DNA of 64,000 nt from a virus. Taxonomy: Duplodnaviria; Heunggongvirae; Uroviricota; Caudoviricetes. The DNA lies in the IMG/VR virus record IMGVR_UViG_3300021431_000008, one strand, 5' to 3'. The notes under the pieces were generated by a model. It saw nothing but the letters and a program-made list of their open reading frames with translations. It was not told the origin of the DNA and ran no database searches. Positions 19,661 through 29,105 of this stretch are shown here, in pieces; position 1 is the stretch's first letter; each line of letters starts with the position of its first letter. The position numbers were made by a program, and so were the translations under genes.

Positions 19661-19852
19661 TTATAGTTGATCCTTTTCTTCGATGCATTTATCGATTAAG
19701 TAGCGCACCGCTTTAATTTGCTCATCAGACATTGTAATAAGTGCTTCGCAAAAATCCCCTAGCGCGTTGAATTGATCATCTGAAAGAGAGAAGATTGCTT
19801 CACCGACTGTAATTTCTCCGCGCAAATCTGATAACTTTATGATTTCTCCCAT
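19661..19852 (-). CDS. hypothetical small protein
   Basis: 63-aa ORF. Confidence 0.4.
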   Translation of the reverse strand: MGEIIKLSDLRGEITVGEAIFSLSDDQFNALGDFCEALITMSDEQIKAVRYLIDKCIEEKDQL

Positions 19853-19861
19853 TGTAGTTGA

Positions 19862-20482
19862 TTAACGTAGTACCTGCACCGGCGGGAAGTCGATAACCCA
19901 TCTGCCGTCAGTTCTCATCATCGGATGGGCATCTCCCAGCGTATACCAGCCGCTTCCCTGCAGCGTCCAGTTGCCTTCCTGGCCCGAAATTCCAGCATAA
20001 GTGTAGAAATCGGCCAGACGAACCTTTCCGTAACGGGCTACATCTCTCGCCATTCGGTCCAGAACGAGGTAAGCATCATCCTTAGTATCGAACGAAACAT
20101 CATTCAGGCCGACTCTCTGCTGATACATCACACCCTGAGGCTGCGCATAGCCGGGATTTGAGACCTGATTATACTGGTACGGGTCTCTCTGACCGGGTTG
20201 ATAGCCATAATTGGGCACATAACGGCCTCCCTGTTGCCCTCCAACGACGGTATTTCCGCCGAAAAGCGCCATTTGCAGCGCCCCGGTGACCATATTAAAG
20301 AGCGTATTCTTGAGCGAAGGGCCCAAAATTGAGTAAGCAAGGTAGTTTCCGATGCTGTCAAGCTTATCAGAGAAGAGAAAGTCGACAATTTTCTTCTTTG
20401 CGCTCTTCTTTTCGAGCTTGGCGCCACCTTTGATGACTTTTTCCTTCTTCTCTTCAGGCGTATAATTCGTATTTTCAGGCAT
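19862..20482 (-). CDS. hypothetical protein (Gly/Gln/Tyr-rich central region)
   Basis: 206-aa ORF. Confidence 0.5.
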   Translation of the reverse strand: MPENTNYTPEEKKEKVIKGGAKLEKKSAKKKIVDFLFSDKLDSIGNYLAYSILGPSLKNTLFNMVTGALQMALFGGNTVVGGQQGGRYVPNYGYQPGQRDPYQYNQVSNPGYAQPQGVMYQQRVGLNDVSFDTKDDAYLVLDRMARDVARYGKVRLADFYTYAGISGQEGNWTLQGSGWYTLGDAHPMMRTDGRWVIDFPPVQVLR

Positions 20483-20930
20483 TTTCCATGTCCTTTCCGT
20501 CTGTTTTTTCTAAGAATTCATAGCTGTCCATAACAGTATTGTAGTTTTTGATTACTCTCTGTAAAAAAGGAGAGACGTTGTTGGCTTCTGAGCCGTCCAG
20601 ATACTTGTAAAACGGCAAATACGGCTGTCCGAAACCCTCATCGAAGACCGTGACATAGTTAAAATCGTCCCATTTCGAGAGATCTTTCGGAAATCCTACG
20701 TCCAGCGAAATATCAGGCCCGATCGAAGACCAGATGAATACTCCTGCATCAGCTGCAATGTGATGACCACCGGGCTTCAGATTGTACTTTGAAATATCAT
20801 CCTCGGTGATTCCGTCTTTTAGGCGATACCGGTTAATTTTAAGAAGCTTTGTTTCGTTTTGCTTTTTACCGAATATCTTGTTCTTTTCCTTATCCATTGA
20901 ATGCTCCTTCCTGCTTATTCCTTCAGGCAA
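20475..20930 (-). CDS. hypothetical protein
   Basis: 151-aa ORF. Confidence 0.5.
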   Translation of the reverse strand: MPEGISRKEHSMDKEKNKIFGKKQNETKLLKINRYRLKDGITEDDISKYNLKPGGHHIAADAGVFIWSSIGPDISLDVGFPKDLSKWDDFNYVTVFDEGFGQPYLPFYKYLDGSEANNVSPFLQRVIKNYNTVMDSYEFLEKTDGKDMENA

Positions 20931-20994
20931 AACTCAAAGCAGCTGTAATAGCTGCTCTGAGCTTAACCCCCTTCTGTCTTATTTTTCTTGGATC

Positions 20995-21444
20995 TTACTC
21001 CTCTGCGGGATCATTCTCCGAGCTTTCGGGAATATCCTGTTCCTCGGCGCTCGTGTCCTCTCCGGACTGGCTATCGCAGGTAGAAGCCCCGCCGCGAAGC
21101 ATCATCTTCACTGCCGCGCCACCGAGCACAGTCAGACCGATCGCAGCAGGAACAGCGGCCTTCCGGAGCTTCTCACCGAACTTGCCCTTTTCCTTGGGCT
21201 GTTCAGGTTCAGCTGCCTTCTTGGCCTGCTTTTCCGCCTTTTTCTCGGCCTTCTGCACGCGCTTGGCATAGCAGGAGTCGACGAACTTCTCAACGGGATT
21301 CTTCTTGACCTCTACGACAACCTTGGTCTCCGGAACTTCCGGGACATCAGGCGTCTCAGGAGCAGGGTTCTCAGTCTCCTTAACCTGCTCTTCGAGCTTC
21401 TTGATCTCGTTTTCGTTAATCTTACTCATGTTTTTTACCTCCAA
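20995..21444 (-). CDS. Lys/Glu-rich protein with C-proximal hydrophobic segment
   Basis: 149 aa; KAEKKAEKQAKKAAEPEQPKEKGK; AVPAAIGLTVLGGAAV; promoter-like box 50 nt upstream. Confidence 0.5.
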   Translation of the reverse strand: MEVKNMSKINENEIKKLEEQVKETENPAPETPDVPEVPETKVVVEVKKNPVEKFVDSCYAKRVQKAEKKAEKQAKKAAEPEQPKEKGKFGEKLRKAAVPAAIGLTVLGGAAVKMMLRGGASTCDSQSGEDTSAEEQDIPESSENDPAEE

Positions 21445-21490
21445 AAATAAAGATTTTTTTGTTTATTTGAGGGTTTTCCTCATTAAAGGA

Positions 21491-21507
21491 CTTGCAGAAT
21501 TTACGAA
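21491..21507 (-). promoter_or_regulatory. copy of repeated promoter-like box
   Basis: plus strand cttgcagaatttacgaa; on minus TTCGTAAATTCTGCAAG then TTTAAT 18 nt downstream. Confidence 0.5.
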
Positions 21508-21735
21508 TTTACTTGTGTTTTCTGCTGTCCTTTTCCATCCAGTCGTCTTCTTCGGAGGCAACGTAACCTGCATGACGGCCATGACAGTTACGCCAAACAG
21601 TGTTCCAAGCCCGATTCCGCCCATGAAATATAGAAGTTCCATTCAATCGCACCTTTTCTTCGTGAAAGAAAGCAGAGGCGCTGTAACACGCCTCCACTTT
21701 TCCCCACTTTCATGTTATTTTACTTATCTTTTTGT

Positions 21736-22713
21736 TTATACGTCGTTTCTTTCGATCAGCTCACTTGACGGCGCGAGAAGCTCCGAGTAGTCGATATAGC
21801 ACACGACAGGGAAGCCTGAATCCGGATCCACATAGTTCTTATACTCGAGGATCTGATTCTGTTTTACCGGGTCTCCCCCGCCGTAATATCTGAATTCGAG
21901 CAGATCACCGATTCTCGCCTCATTCTTTCCCGTAATTTCCCCGATGCACTTGAGGAAGACTTCCACATCCATCGAGGAATAAATATCACTTGCTGCATCT
22001 TCATCGCCGCTACCCCAAGGCAAGTCGCTTGACACATAGAAGGCATCCCCGATTCGCTTTCGGATGGCATCTTTCCGCCGATCCTTGAGTCGCTCATTGA
22101 ACTCAGCGATTCCGTTCGTGACATCGAGAATGCTCGCCCTGAATTTCTGTCCGGTTACCTGATCGATAAAGAGCGTCTTTCCATTAGCCGGTTCTGACAA
22201 GACCTCTTTCAAGATCTCATCTTTCGGATACTCCTCTTCTCTCAGCTCATCTTTCATCTCGACAAACTTCTTCTCACCGACTTCAGCCTTGAGTTTTTCG
22301 ATGAGTTTCTGCTGCTTGTCGTCTTTGTCCGTCATGAACTGAGTCAGAAGTGCCATTTCGGTCAGTCTTGAGAGATTCAGTCCGTTCGCTCCGATCGCAA
22401 GTCCGGTTGATCCTACACCGAGCAAAGCCGCCATCCAGCAATACTGAAGATAGATGATAAATTTGTCTTTGACAGGCAGCTTCCTCAGATCTTCCAGCGG
22501 TGTGTCCGAATCGAGGTCAGCATTTAGAAGGCTCTCTTCATACTCGATCTTCTTTTCGGCTTTCTTCCCCTGCTTCCAGAAAATATAAACAGCCGTCCAG
22601 CCCATGACAACGGATCCTGCTGTCATGAGAGTCGGCGCATTCTTCTTACCGGAAGCTAATAGACCTGCCGCCAGACCTTTAATCTTATTCCACGAAATAT
22701 CAAGTTTGCTCAT
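21736..22713 (-). CDS. paralog B of the two-TM protein family
   Basis: start trimmed to MSKLDISW with AAGGAG RBS; NAPTLMTAGS and KLKAEVGEKKFVEMKDEL shared with paralog C. Confidence 0.55.
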   Translation of the reverse strand: MSKLDISWNKIKGLAAGLLASGKKNAPTLMTAGSVVMGWTAVYIFWKQGKKAEKKIEYEESLLNADLDSDTPLEDLRKLPVKDKFIIYLQYCWMAALLGVGSTGLAIGANGLNLSRLTEMALLTQFMTDKDDKQQKLIEKLKAEVGEKKFVEMKDELREEEYPKDEILKEVLSEPANGKTLFIDQVTGQKFRASILDVTNGIAEFNERLKDRRKDAIRKRIGDAFYVSSDLPWGSGDEDAASDIYSSMDVEVFLKCIGEITGKNEARIGDLLEFRYYGGGDPVKQNQILEYKNYVDPDSGFPVVCYIDYSELLAPSSELIERNDV

Positions 22714-22726
22714 GTAACCCATCTCC

Positions 22727-23584
22727 TTACTTGCCGTACATATTCTCTTCGGGTTCTGTATCAATACAAATCGCCTTCATACCGAACGCCCCGACATTGA
22801 CATATCCGATATGCGCCTTGAACGGACGATCCTTGGTCCAGCAATATCGGTACCACAACGGACACGACTCATATCCGAGCATGTTTCTGAACGTATTCCA
22901 GTCCAGAAATTCTACTCGACTAGCTTCTGCAATGGCATCTTTGACTCGGCCTTCCGGAACATCCCACATGTCACCGGTCCAGGGCACATAAAATCTGGTT
23001 AGTCCTTCATCGGGCTCCACGCCATCTTTGGTGATCACCTTGGCTTTCTCAGCTTTGATCTCACCTTTCTGGAGCTTCTCGGCGAACATCTCTTTCTCAA
23101 CACTCTCCTTCAGCTCCTGAAACTTCTCCTCACCAACCATTTCCTTGGCTTTTTCGCCGAGCTTCTGAAGCTTATCGGCATTGGTGGCAAGCAGAGTACC
23201 CATCATGGCAATTGTCCGACCGTTCAGATAGTTTGACAGAACAGCGAAGCCTGCAGATCCGATCCCGCTCAGAAGAGCAAACCGATAAATATAAACGAGT
23301 CGGAGCATATGACTGAGCTTCACGTGTCCCTTCTCTTCCTTGGCTTCTTCAGCACTCATGGCGCCACTTGCCACGTCCGTTTCGATCTCGTCAACGGAAT
23401 CTTCATATAGTCTCTCGGCATCCGCAGCATTCTTAGCAGCCCGATGCATGAAATATACAGTCGCCACAACTCCGAGAATCGATCCGAAGGTCGCGAGAGT
23501 CGGAGCGTTTGTATCCAGTAACTTTTTGATTTCTCCGAAAAACTTATTCGGCTTGATTGTCTTCACGACATTGTTTTCTTTCAT
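22727..23584 (-). CDS. paralog C of the two-TM protein family
   Basis: start trimmed to MKENNVV with GGAGG RBS; NAPTLATFGS, KLGEKAKEMVGEEKFQELKE. Confidence 0.55.
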   Translation of the reverse strand: MKENNVVKTIKPNKFFGEIKKLLDTNAPTLATFGSILGVVATVYFMHRAAKNAADAERLYEDSVDEIETDVASGAMSAEEAKEEKGHVKLSHMLRLVYIYRFALLSGIGSAGFAVLSNYLNGRTIAMMGTLLATNADKLQKLGEKAKEMVGEEKFQELKESVEKEMFAEKLQKGEIKAEKAKVITKDGVEPDEGLTRFYVPWTGDMWDVPEGRVKDAIAEASRVEFLDWNTFRNMLGYESCPLWYRYCWTKDRPFKAHIGYVNVGAFGMKAICIDTEPEENMYGK

Positions 23585-23606
23585 ATAGTCATTACCTCCT
23601 CGAAAG

Positions 23607-24035
23607 TTAAACTTCCCAATATACCTCATACGGACGAGCTTCTGCCGGAATAGAAATGAGCCAGACTTTTTCTCCGAATCGGTCATAGAGTTCTGTACCA
23701 GGACCCAGCTCATCGAACGTAAAGCACGGATATGGGTACTCTTCGCTCGGACTCCATCCAAAAGTTTCTCCGGCGTCATCAAACATAAGTCCCCACATTG
23801 ATTCGAGATCTCCAATGTTTCCGCATTCACCATTGTCTCCGTCCGTTCCGTTCACCCGTGCCACAAAATCTTTACATTGATCTTTGACATCTTCGATGCT
23901 CGATCGAAAATATCTTCCGTTCCAGGCAAAACAGCAGAGATCATTGCCCCGTCCCGTATACTCGACTGACGGTCGGTTCACGAATCTCCCAAATGGCTGT
24001 CCGGCTTTCTGGACAACGTATTGCGACTGAATCAT
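23607..24035 (-). CDS. hypothetical protein
   Basis: 142-aa ORF; ATGA overlap with the upstream small gene. Confidence 0.5.
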   Translation of the reverse strand: MIQSQYVVQKAGQPFGRFVNRPSVEYTGRGNDLCCFAWNGRYFRSSIEDVKDQCKDFVARVNGTDGDNGECGNIGDLESMWGLMFDDAGETFGWSPSEEYPYPCFTFDELGPGTELYDRFGEKVWLISIPAEARPYEVYWEV

Positions 24036-24174
24036 ACAGCATCACCTTTCTTTGTATTTCCATAGAGAGCTCCAAGAAAGTCAGAAGCCGCATGCAAATA
24101 GCCAATAGCAAACCCTGAAACACCAACCACTGCAAGACCGAAGATACCGCCTAAAGCAATCACACAATTTTTCA
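24031..24174 (-). CDS. small membrane protein (47 aa; not in the >=60-aa ORF track)
   Basis: translated by hand as MKNCVIALGGIFGLAVVGVSGFAIGYLHAA...; GAGGAGGAG RBS. Confidence 0.4.
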
Positions 24175-24354
24175 TAGTAATTACATCTCCTCCTCAAGAA
24201 GCTCAGCAGGTTTGCTGTTATTCTGATTCTTGATCTTGTCCCGCTCAAAGAGTCCGTAACAACAAATCGCTCCAGCCATAAACCACACACCGCTCATCAC
24301 CATTCCGACAATTCCTCCAATAACTCCGCCAACGACAAAAGCACCATTCTTCAT
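24175..24354 (-). CDS. small membrane protein (59 aa; not in the ORF track)
   Basis: MKNGAFVVGGVIGGIVGMVMSGVWFMAGAICCYGLF...; AAAGGAGAA RBS; terminator and promoter box upstream. Confidence 0.45.
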
Positions 24355-24413
24355 TTCGCGATTCTCCTTTCAAAAAATATAGGAGAGGTGCTCATCTTCC
24401 TCTCCTTTATAGT

Positions 24414-24431
24414 CCCTGTAAATTTTACGAC
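24414..24431 (-). promoter_or_regulatory. copy of repeated promoter-like box followed by TATAAA
   Basis: minus strand CGTAAAATTTACAGGGAC-TATAAA; here the hairpin lies between the box and the RBS. Confidence 0.5.
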
Positions 24432-24677
24432 TTATACAGGCGGCATACCATTCTTGGCCCGCTCTTCATTAATCGCTTTTATCTGGTTCAGAATATCATT
24501 TCCGCTTGCAAAGACACCCTTATTGGCTCCCCGCATCTGAAAGGCTTGCCATTGCTTTAGCTCTTCAGCTGCTTCCTTAAGAAGATGTGCCGTTGTTTGC
24601 CCAAGTTCCCAATCGTTTCGATTAACAGAATGTACATCTGCTATCGCTAGCATTTCATTTATTAGATTTTCTCGCAT
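24432..24677 (-). CDS. hypothetical protein
   Basis: 81-aa ORF. Confidence 0.4.
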   Translation of the reverse strand: MRENLINEMLAIADVHSVNRNDWELGQTTAHLLKEAAEELKQWQAFQMRGANKGVFASGNDILNQIKAINEERAKNGMPPV

Positions 24678-24910
24678 AATATCGATTCTCCATTTCTATA
24701 CTGAGCCTGTGTATTCGGCTCCAGTTGGAATATAATTTCATGGTTTTTGCATCGTTGCTCCGTTTGGCAAAGGAATCGCAGTACTTATACCAGCGCCTCA
24801 ACGAGATCTTGTCCAATATCCATATCAGTAATCTCACGTATTAACCTCCTTTCTTATAGAAAAAGCTAAGAGGATCTGTAAAAATACAAATCCTCTTAGC
24901 GGAATACTGC

Positions 24911-25171
24911 TTACCGCACGTAGAGGTCAACAAAGCCTCCAATGATATCGCCAAGCGTCCAGTCATCGTCAGGAATATAATCCAGAACGATATTGTCGTC
25001 CTCCATAATGAACATTGCGGCACCACCGCGCACGGCTACGAGACTATACGTCTCATCAATCCGCACTTCGATGGCAGCAGCTTTGTCATCATTTTGGCCG
25101 AGCAGTTCCTCGATCTGTTCACATGCCTTGATCACGGCTTCCGCCTTGGCTCTAATTTCATCAAAATTCAT
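24911..25171 (-). CDS. hypothetical acidic protein
   Basis: 86 aa; GAGAGGAGAAA RBS; promoter box at 25221..25238. Confidence 0.5.
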   Translation of the reverse strand: MNFDEIRAKAEAVIKACEQIEELLGQNDDKAAAIEVRIDETYSLVAVRGGAAMFIMEDDNIVLDYIPDDDWTLGDIIGGFVDLYVR

Positions 25172-25242
25172 TTCGTTTCTCCTCTCAAATATAATGTAAG
25201 CATCTCTGCTCTATTAGAGGAGTTGTTAATTTTACGACAATC

Positions 25243-25518
25243 TTAGTCCATCCAGTCGAAATTGTTGTCCTTCTTCCAAGAGTTGTAAGATTGTCCCGTC
25301 TCCACTTGAGGTCGATCTTCCGCGGGCTTTTCGGCAGCTTTGGGAGTCTCAACAGGCTTCTTCGGCTCTTCCTTTTTATCGTCCTTAGGTCCGATAACCT
25401 CGCCCACTTCCTTCATAAAATGTTTCATGCTCATTCCGAGAGAAGTAGCGATCTGTTTGTTGCTCTTGCCGATTCTCCGCTGCTCGTAAATATACTTCAT
25501 AAGGTCCTTGTTGTTCAT
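25243..25518 (-). CDS. small HTH DNA-binding protein (sigma-70 region 4 / LuxR-like HTH) with Lys/Pro-rich tail
   Basis: RIGKSNKQIATSLGMSMKHF. Confidence 0.55.
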   Translation of the reverse strand: MNNKDLMKYIYEQRRIGKSNKQIATSLGMSMKHFMKEVGEVIGPKDDKKEEPKKPVETPKAAEKPAEDRPQVETGQSYNSWKKDNNFDWMD

Positions 25519-25523
25519 TACTT

Positions 25524-25778
25524 TTACTCCTTTTCAGCGTTCATTGTTGCTTTGATATTCCGACTCGATGTTCCTGAATTTACAGTACACGTTGGACCGG
25601 TCTGCGGATTACAACAAATGCCATCTCCGCTTGTCCACGTGATCGTAGGTCTATTATTTCCGATTGGACACATCATATTTGTCATTCGGCATACTCCACA
25701 GGGTAAACGATTCCAGCAGAAAGAATTATCACACCCGCTTAAGCCTCCAGTTCCATTTGAAGGATAATCCATTTTCAT
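25524..25778 (-). CDS. small Cys-rich protein (11 Cys in 84 aa)
   Basis: CDNSFCWNRLPCGVCRMTNMMCPIGNN...GICCNPQTGPTC. Confidence 0.45.
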   Translation of the reverse strand: MKMDYPSNGTGGLSGCDNSFCWNRLPCGVCRMTNMMCPIGNNRPTITWTSGDGICCNPQTGPTCTVNSGTSSRNIKATMNAEKE

Positions 25779-26225
25779 TCACCTCCCCAAAATATCCATG
25801 AAATTCGCGCACATGTCTGAATAGGTGACCCGCCCATTAGATCCGGCAATATACTGACAGATCTCTTCGGCTTTATCCCGGCTCTTTCCGTAGGCCATGA
25901 GCGCTTTCTTAACAGTCTTTCTCCGGTGCTTGACCTTTGAAAGCGGTTCTCCAGGTAATTTAAGCAACTTCCGTAACGCGCTCACATCCTTTACTTCAAT
26001 GGTACACTTAAAGCCGTCTTCGGTAATGAAAACATCTTTGGGTTTTCCAAGCGGTTCGGAAGCATTGTGTTCCCAGTTCAGTTCAGGATCAAACTCATTA
26101 AGATTCAGTCCATCATAAAGTGTCACGCCTGGCAGAGGCTGCGCAATAATATTCGGCTCAAACGGTGGAGTACTCATCATTCCTGAAAATATCAGTCGCT
26201 TTTCGAGATTGCTTTCTTCGCCCAT
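25779..26225 (-). CDS. hypothetical protein
   Basis: 148-aa ORF. Confidence 0.5.
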   Translation of the reverse strand: MGEESNLEKRLIFSGMMSTPPFEPNIIAQPLPGVTLYDGLNLNEFDPELNWEHNASEPLGKPKDVFITEDGFKCTIEVKDVSALRKLLKLPGEPLSKVKHRRKTVKKALMAYGKSRDKAEEICQYIAGSNGRVTYSDMCANFMDILGR

Positions 26226-26261
26226 TAACTTTCTCCTCTTCTTAAAAAGATGGAGGCACTG

Positions 26262-26525
26262 TCAGCTGCCTCCGAACTCTTCGCGAAGATCTGCCCATGC
26301 TTCCGATTCCGTAAAAGATTCGATCGGATAACGGTACAGAACCTCGCCGGTTCGAATGTTATAGCTTTCGTGCCTCCCGTTTCTCGTTCGGACTGAAAAA
26401 TCGTCCAAATTGAAACCTGCTAAGGGATCTCGGCGCTTAAATTGCTTTTGTTTTTGCTGTTTTTCAGCAATACCATTCAGTAGCCACGCGCCACCATCCC
26501 AGATTCTGGTTTTCATATTGGCCAT
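26262..26525 (-). CDS. hypothetical protein
   Basis: 87-aa ORF. Confidence 0.45.
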   Translation of the reverse strand: MANMKTRIWDGGAWLLNGIAEKQQKQKQFKRRDPLAGFNLDDFSVRTRNGRHESYNIRTGEVLYRYPIESFTESEAWADLREEFGGS

Positions 26526-26568
26526 AGTATTTCACTCCTTCCTATTAAAGGAGATGCAAGAGTTACGA

Positions 26569-27129
26569 TTACTGAAATTCCTTCCACAACATACTCGGCT
26601 GGATTCCGTTATTCTTCTGGTACTTACCGTGTGTATAGTGTACCGGAACGCCAACTTCACCCATACTATCGGTATCGGCAAGTGTATGATAATAGATCTG
26701 TCCGACTTCTACGCCTGGATAAATAATGACGGGCTGCACACAGGAGATTTCCAGTGTCCAATACCCGTCAAATCCGTTATCGCCAAAACCGGCCGTTGCG
26801 TGAATGAATATCCCGAGACGCCCAATGCTTGAACGCCCTTCCAACATGGGAACAAAACCATCCGTGAAAGTCCGCTCCTGTGTTCTTGCCAAATATAGCT
26901 TTCCTGGGATCAGGAGCTTTCCGGCGTTCGGAGAGATTCGTTCGATGGTATACGGCTCCTCTTTCTTCATGTCGAGAATACTGTGGTTATAAGTTAGTAG
27001 CTCATCGGCCAGATGAAGATTATAACTATTCGGATTCAGAAACTTTTTGTCGAACGGATCGATGACGATAGTTCCCTTCTCCACTTCTTCCAGAATCCGA
27101 TTCCCGCTTAGAATGCCGTAATCATTCAC
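26569..27129 (-). CDS. dcd: dCTP deaminase (Dcd/dUTPase-fold)
   Basis: GRSSIGRLGIFIHATAGFGDNGFDGYWTLEISC aligns with Dcd [33 protein letters not shown]; GTG start with GAGGAGG RBS chosen over the in-frame TTG. Confidence 0.75.
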   Translation of the reverse strand: MNDYGILSGNRILEEVEKGTIVIDPFDKKFLNPNSYNLHLADELLTYNHSILDMKKEEPYTIERISPNAGKLLIPGKLYLARTQERTFTDGFVPMLEGRSSIGRLGIFIHATAGFGDNGFDGYWTLEISCVQPVIIYPGVEVGQIYYHTLADTDSMGEVGVPVHYTHGKYQKNNGIQPSMLWKEFQ

Positions 27130-27448
27130 CTTTCCTGACCTCCTCAACGATCTTTTCTTTCCATTTGGGGCTTTTGTTCATACTCTCGACTAATTGTTTT
27201 GCCGCAAGCTGACAAATATATTCCCGGTTTTCGCTTAGCACATTTCGCACTTCATCCTTGACCCAGTCCTGAAAGCCACGATCCGGATCTCCATGTTTTG
27301 TGTATCCGGATCCCCAGCCCTTATTAAAAATACCATCGATCACAGACTGCTTGAGTTCGTTATTAATGTGATCCACACAGCTTTTTTCGACAATATCTTT
27401 GACACGCTGATCATCAAAGTCGAATGCGATCTGAACTACATGCTGCAT
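27122..27448 (-). CDS. hypothetical protein
   Basis: 108-aa ORF. Confidence 0.45.
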   Translation of the reverse strand: MQHVVQIAFDFDDQRVKDIVEKSCVDHINNELKQSVIDGIFNKGWGSGYTKHGDPDRGFQDWVKDEVRNVLSENREYICQLAAKQLVESMNKSPKWKEKIVEEVRKGE

Positions 27449-27462
27449 AAGTATTGTCTCCT

Positions 27463-27855
27463 TTAAACTTCAATTCCGTAAAGCTGATACATGACCCAGG
27501 CTCCGATTTGTCTAGAACCGGCTTTTTTCGTTTGTGAATTGGCAATCGTCATAATTCGGTCAGCAAGTGCATCTCGTTCTTCATCACCGATATCCGCGTT
27601 TTCGATGAATTTATCGTAGAGATCACTATATTCACAAACATGATCGCACTGCTCAAGGAAAATGTGAAAGACACTTCGATAAGCGAGAAAATCATACATA
27701 CGCCAATAGCTCTTTTTCAGTTGGTTTCTCAGTGTCATTCGTGAAATCCCAAGAGCATCTGCGAATTCTTCACAACTTAGGCCAAATGCGGTTCTAAGTG
27801 GATTAAAATACTTTCGCATGCGTTCCATTTCTTCCCGTTCAATAAACGTTTCCAA
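27463..27855 (-). CDS. HTH (XRE-like) DNA-binding protein
   Basis: LSCEEFADALGISRMTLRNQLKK. Confidence 0.55.
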   Translation of the reverse strand: METFIEREEMERMRKYFNPLRTAFGLSCEEFADALGISRMTLRNQLKKSYWRMYDFLAYRSVFHIFLEQCDHVCEYSDLYDKFIENADIGDEERDALADRIMTIANSQTKKAGSRQIGAWVMYQLYGIEV

Positions 27856-28044
27856 TTAATTCAGCTCCTTATCGAGATCAGAATTATCAAGCCAGGTTTT
27901 AAATGTCTTAAAACACTTGTTGCAGAGGTTGATTGGTGCTCCGGAATATCCGTAACGAACAATCTGTACGGCATTCGTGTAGGCTTGCGAGACTGTACCA
28001 CAGCGATAGCACTTATCTTGAGTTACAAGACTGGAATTAAACAT
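27856..28044 (-). CDS. small Zn-ribbon protein
   Basis: CYRCG...CNKC; start trimmed to reduce overlap with the upstream gene. Confidence 0.35.
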   Translation of the reverse strand: MFNSSLVTQDKCYRCGTVSQAYTNAVQIVRYGYSGAPINLCNKCFKTFKTWLDNSDLDKELN

Positions 28045-28897
28045 CTTTTTCCTGCTCTTTCTTCGGAATATACTTCTTGAACCGGTTTTCATCCCCGACT
28101 CCGAAGTCCTCAAAGCTCATATCGTACTCTTTCATACGCTCAAGAATGGCATTAGCAAGAGTTTCTTCGTCTTTCGGATCGACATAGTTAAAGAACCGGA
28201 TAGCAGACTTCACGTGAGCAGCATCCGGCATTGGAAACTTTCGCTCTTCCGGAAAGGCATACTTCCGCTTCTTAAGTTCTTCTTCACTGAGTTCGTCGCT
28301 GTGGGCGATCACCAGCGTATCAGGACCATTCGCCCAGTCGATTCCCTTCCACACGACTTCCGTATCCGGATGCTCAAAGGCCATCTGCATCTTGAGAACC
28401 GTGAAAATATCATGCAGCACACTCTCGACAACGAGTCTGGTCTTGGCATTCAGGATCATGTGGTCGCGATGAGCCTGATACCAGTTAAACATTTCAAGCA
28501 GATTATTGTTCTTCCAGCTGAAAGTCCACCAATCGGCGATCATTTCATAAACGTACTCCAGCGGCATTTCCAGAACCTTTCCGAAGGATCCGACGTTGGG
28601 ATCGTCTTCAAGCAGAACCCAGTGCTGCCAGTGGTGCGGGTTCTCGTGAATATGATGGAGCCACGCCCGGTTAAACTCATCCACTACTTCAAACGTCCGA
28701 TTCTTTCCGTAGAAGTAGGCGTCATAAGCGTCATACTCTTCCTTGGTCCACTTACTGGCATCATGTTGCTCTGCGTTCAGAATTGCTTCAGCCAGCTTCT
28801 CTCCGTCAAGTGTCGTGAGATTATCCTGCATCCACTTAAGACCAAGCTTTAGATTTTCAATGTGATCATGAATATACTTGTCGTACTCAATGCTCAT
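28037..28897 (-). CDS. hypothetical His/Trp-rich protein
   Basis: 286 aa; WLHHIHENPHHWQHWV motif; no family recognised. Confidence 0.5.
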   Translation of the reverse strand: MSIEYDKYIHDHIENLKLGLKWMQDNLTTLDGEKLAEAILNAEQHDASKWTKEEYDAYDAYFYGKNRTFEVVDEFNRAWLHHIHENPHHWQHWVLLEDDPNVGSFGKVLEMPLEYVYEMIADWWTFSWKNNNLLEMFNWYQAHRDHMILNAKTRLVVESVLHDIFTVLKMQMAFEHPDTEVVWKGIDWANGPDTLVIAHSDELSEEELKKRKYAFPEERKFPMPDAAHVKSAIRFFNYVDPKDEETLANAILERMKEYDMSFEDFGVGDENRFKKYIPKKEQEKDV

Positions 28898-28910
28898 AAT
28901 TCTTCTCCTT

Positions 28911-29105
28911 TTAAGAAAGTTTAAAGACGACCATTCCGAGGGTAACCAGCAAGAGTGTCAGTCCGACAAACAGAAAAGCTCCGGAATAGACAAAGTAGTT
29001 ATTCGTGATCTCATCGGTGCCGCCTTTCTTACGGACACTATAGGCATGATTAAACGCGATTCCGAGAAAGAGACAGGCGATTGCGCAGATAAACAAAACT
29101 TTCAT
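28911..29105 (-). CDS. small two-TM membrane protein (holin-like topology, speculative)
   Basis: 64 aa; two hydrophobic helices separated by a RKKGG loop. Confidence 0.45.
   Translation of the reverse strand: MKVLFICAIACLFLGIAFNHAYSVRKKGGTDEITNNYFVYSGAFLFVGLTLLLVTLGMVVFKLS

Noticed and set aside
20782-21450. 222-aa and 140-aa plus-strand ORFs
   Set aside because: They are antisense to 20995..21444 and 20475..20930, with a Leu/Ser/Phe-rich frame typical of the reverse of Lys/Glu-rich genes.
21509-21697. 62-aa ORF from the track
   Set aside because: The listed frame lacks an RBS and looks unprotein-like. A different minus frame (MELLYFMGGIGLGTLFGVTVMAV..., ~59 aa) gives a TM peptide but has only a weak RBS. 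Neither is called.
24081-24290. 69-aa ORF from the track
   Set aside because: It is out of frame with two hand-translated small membrane-protein genes (24031..24174 and 24175..24354) that have strong RBSs.
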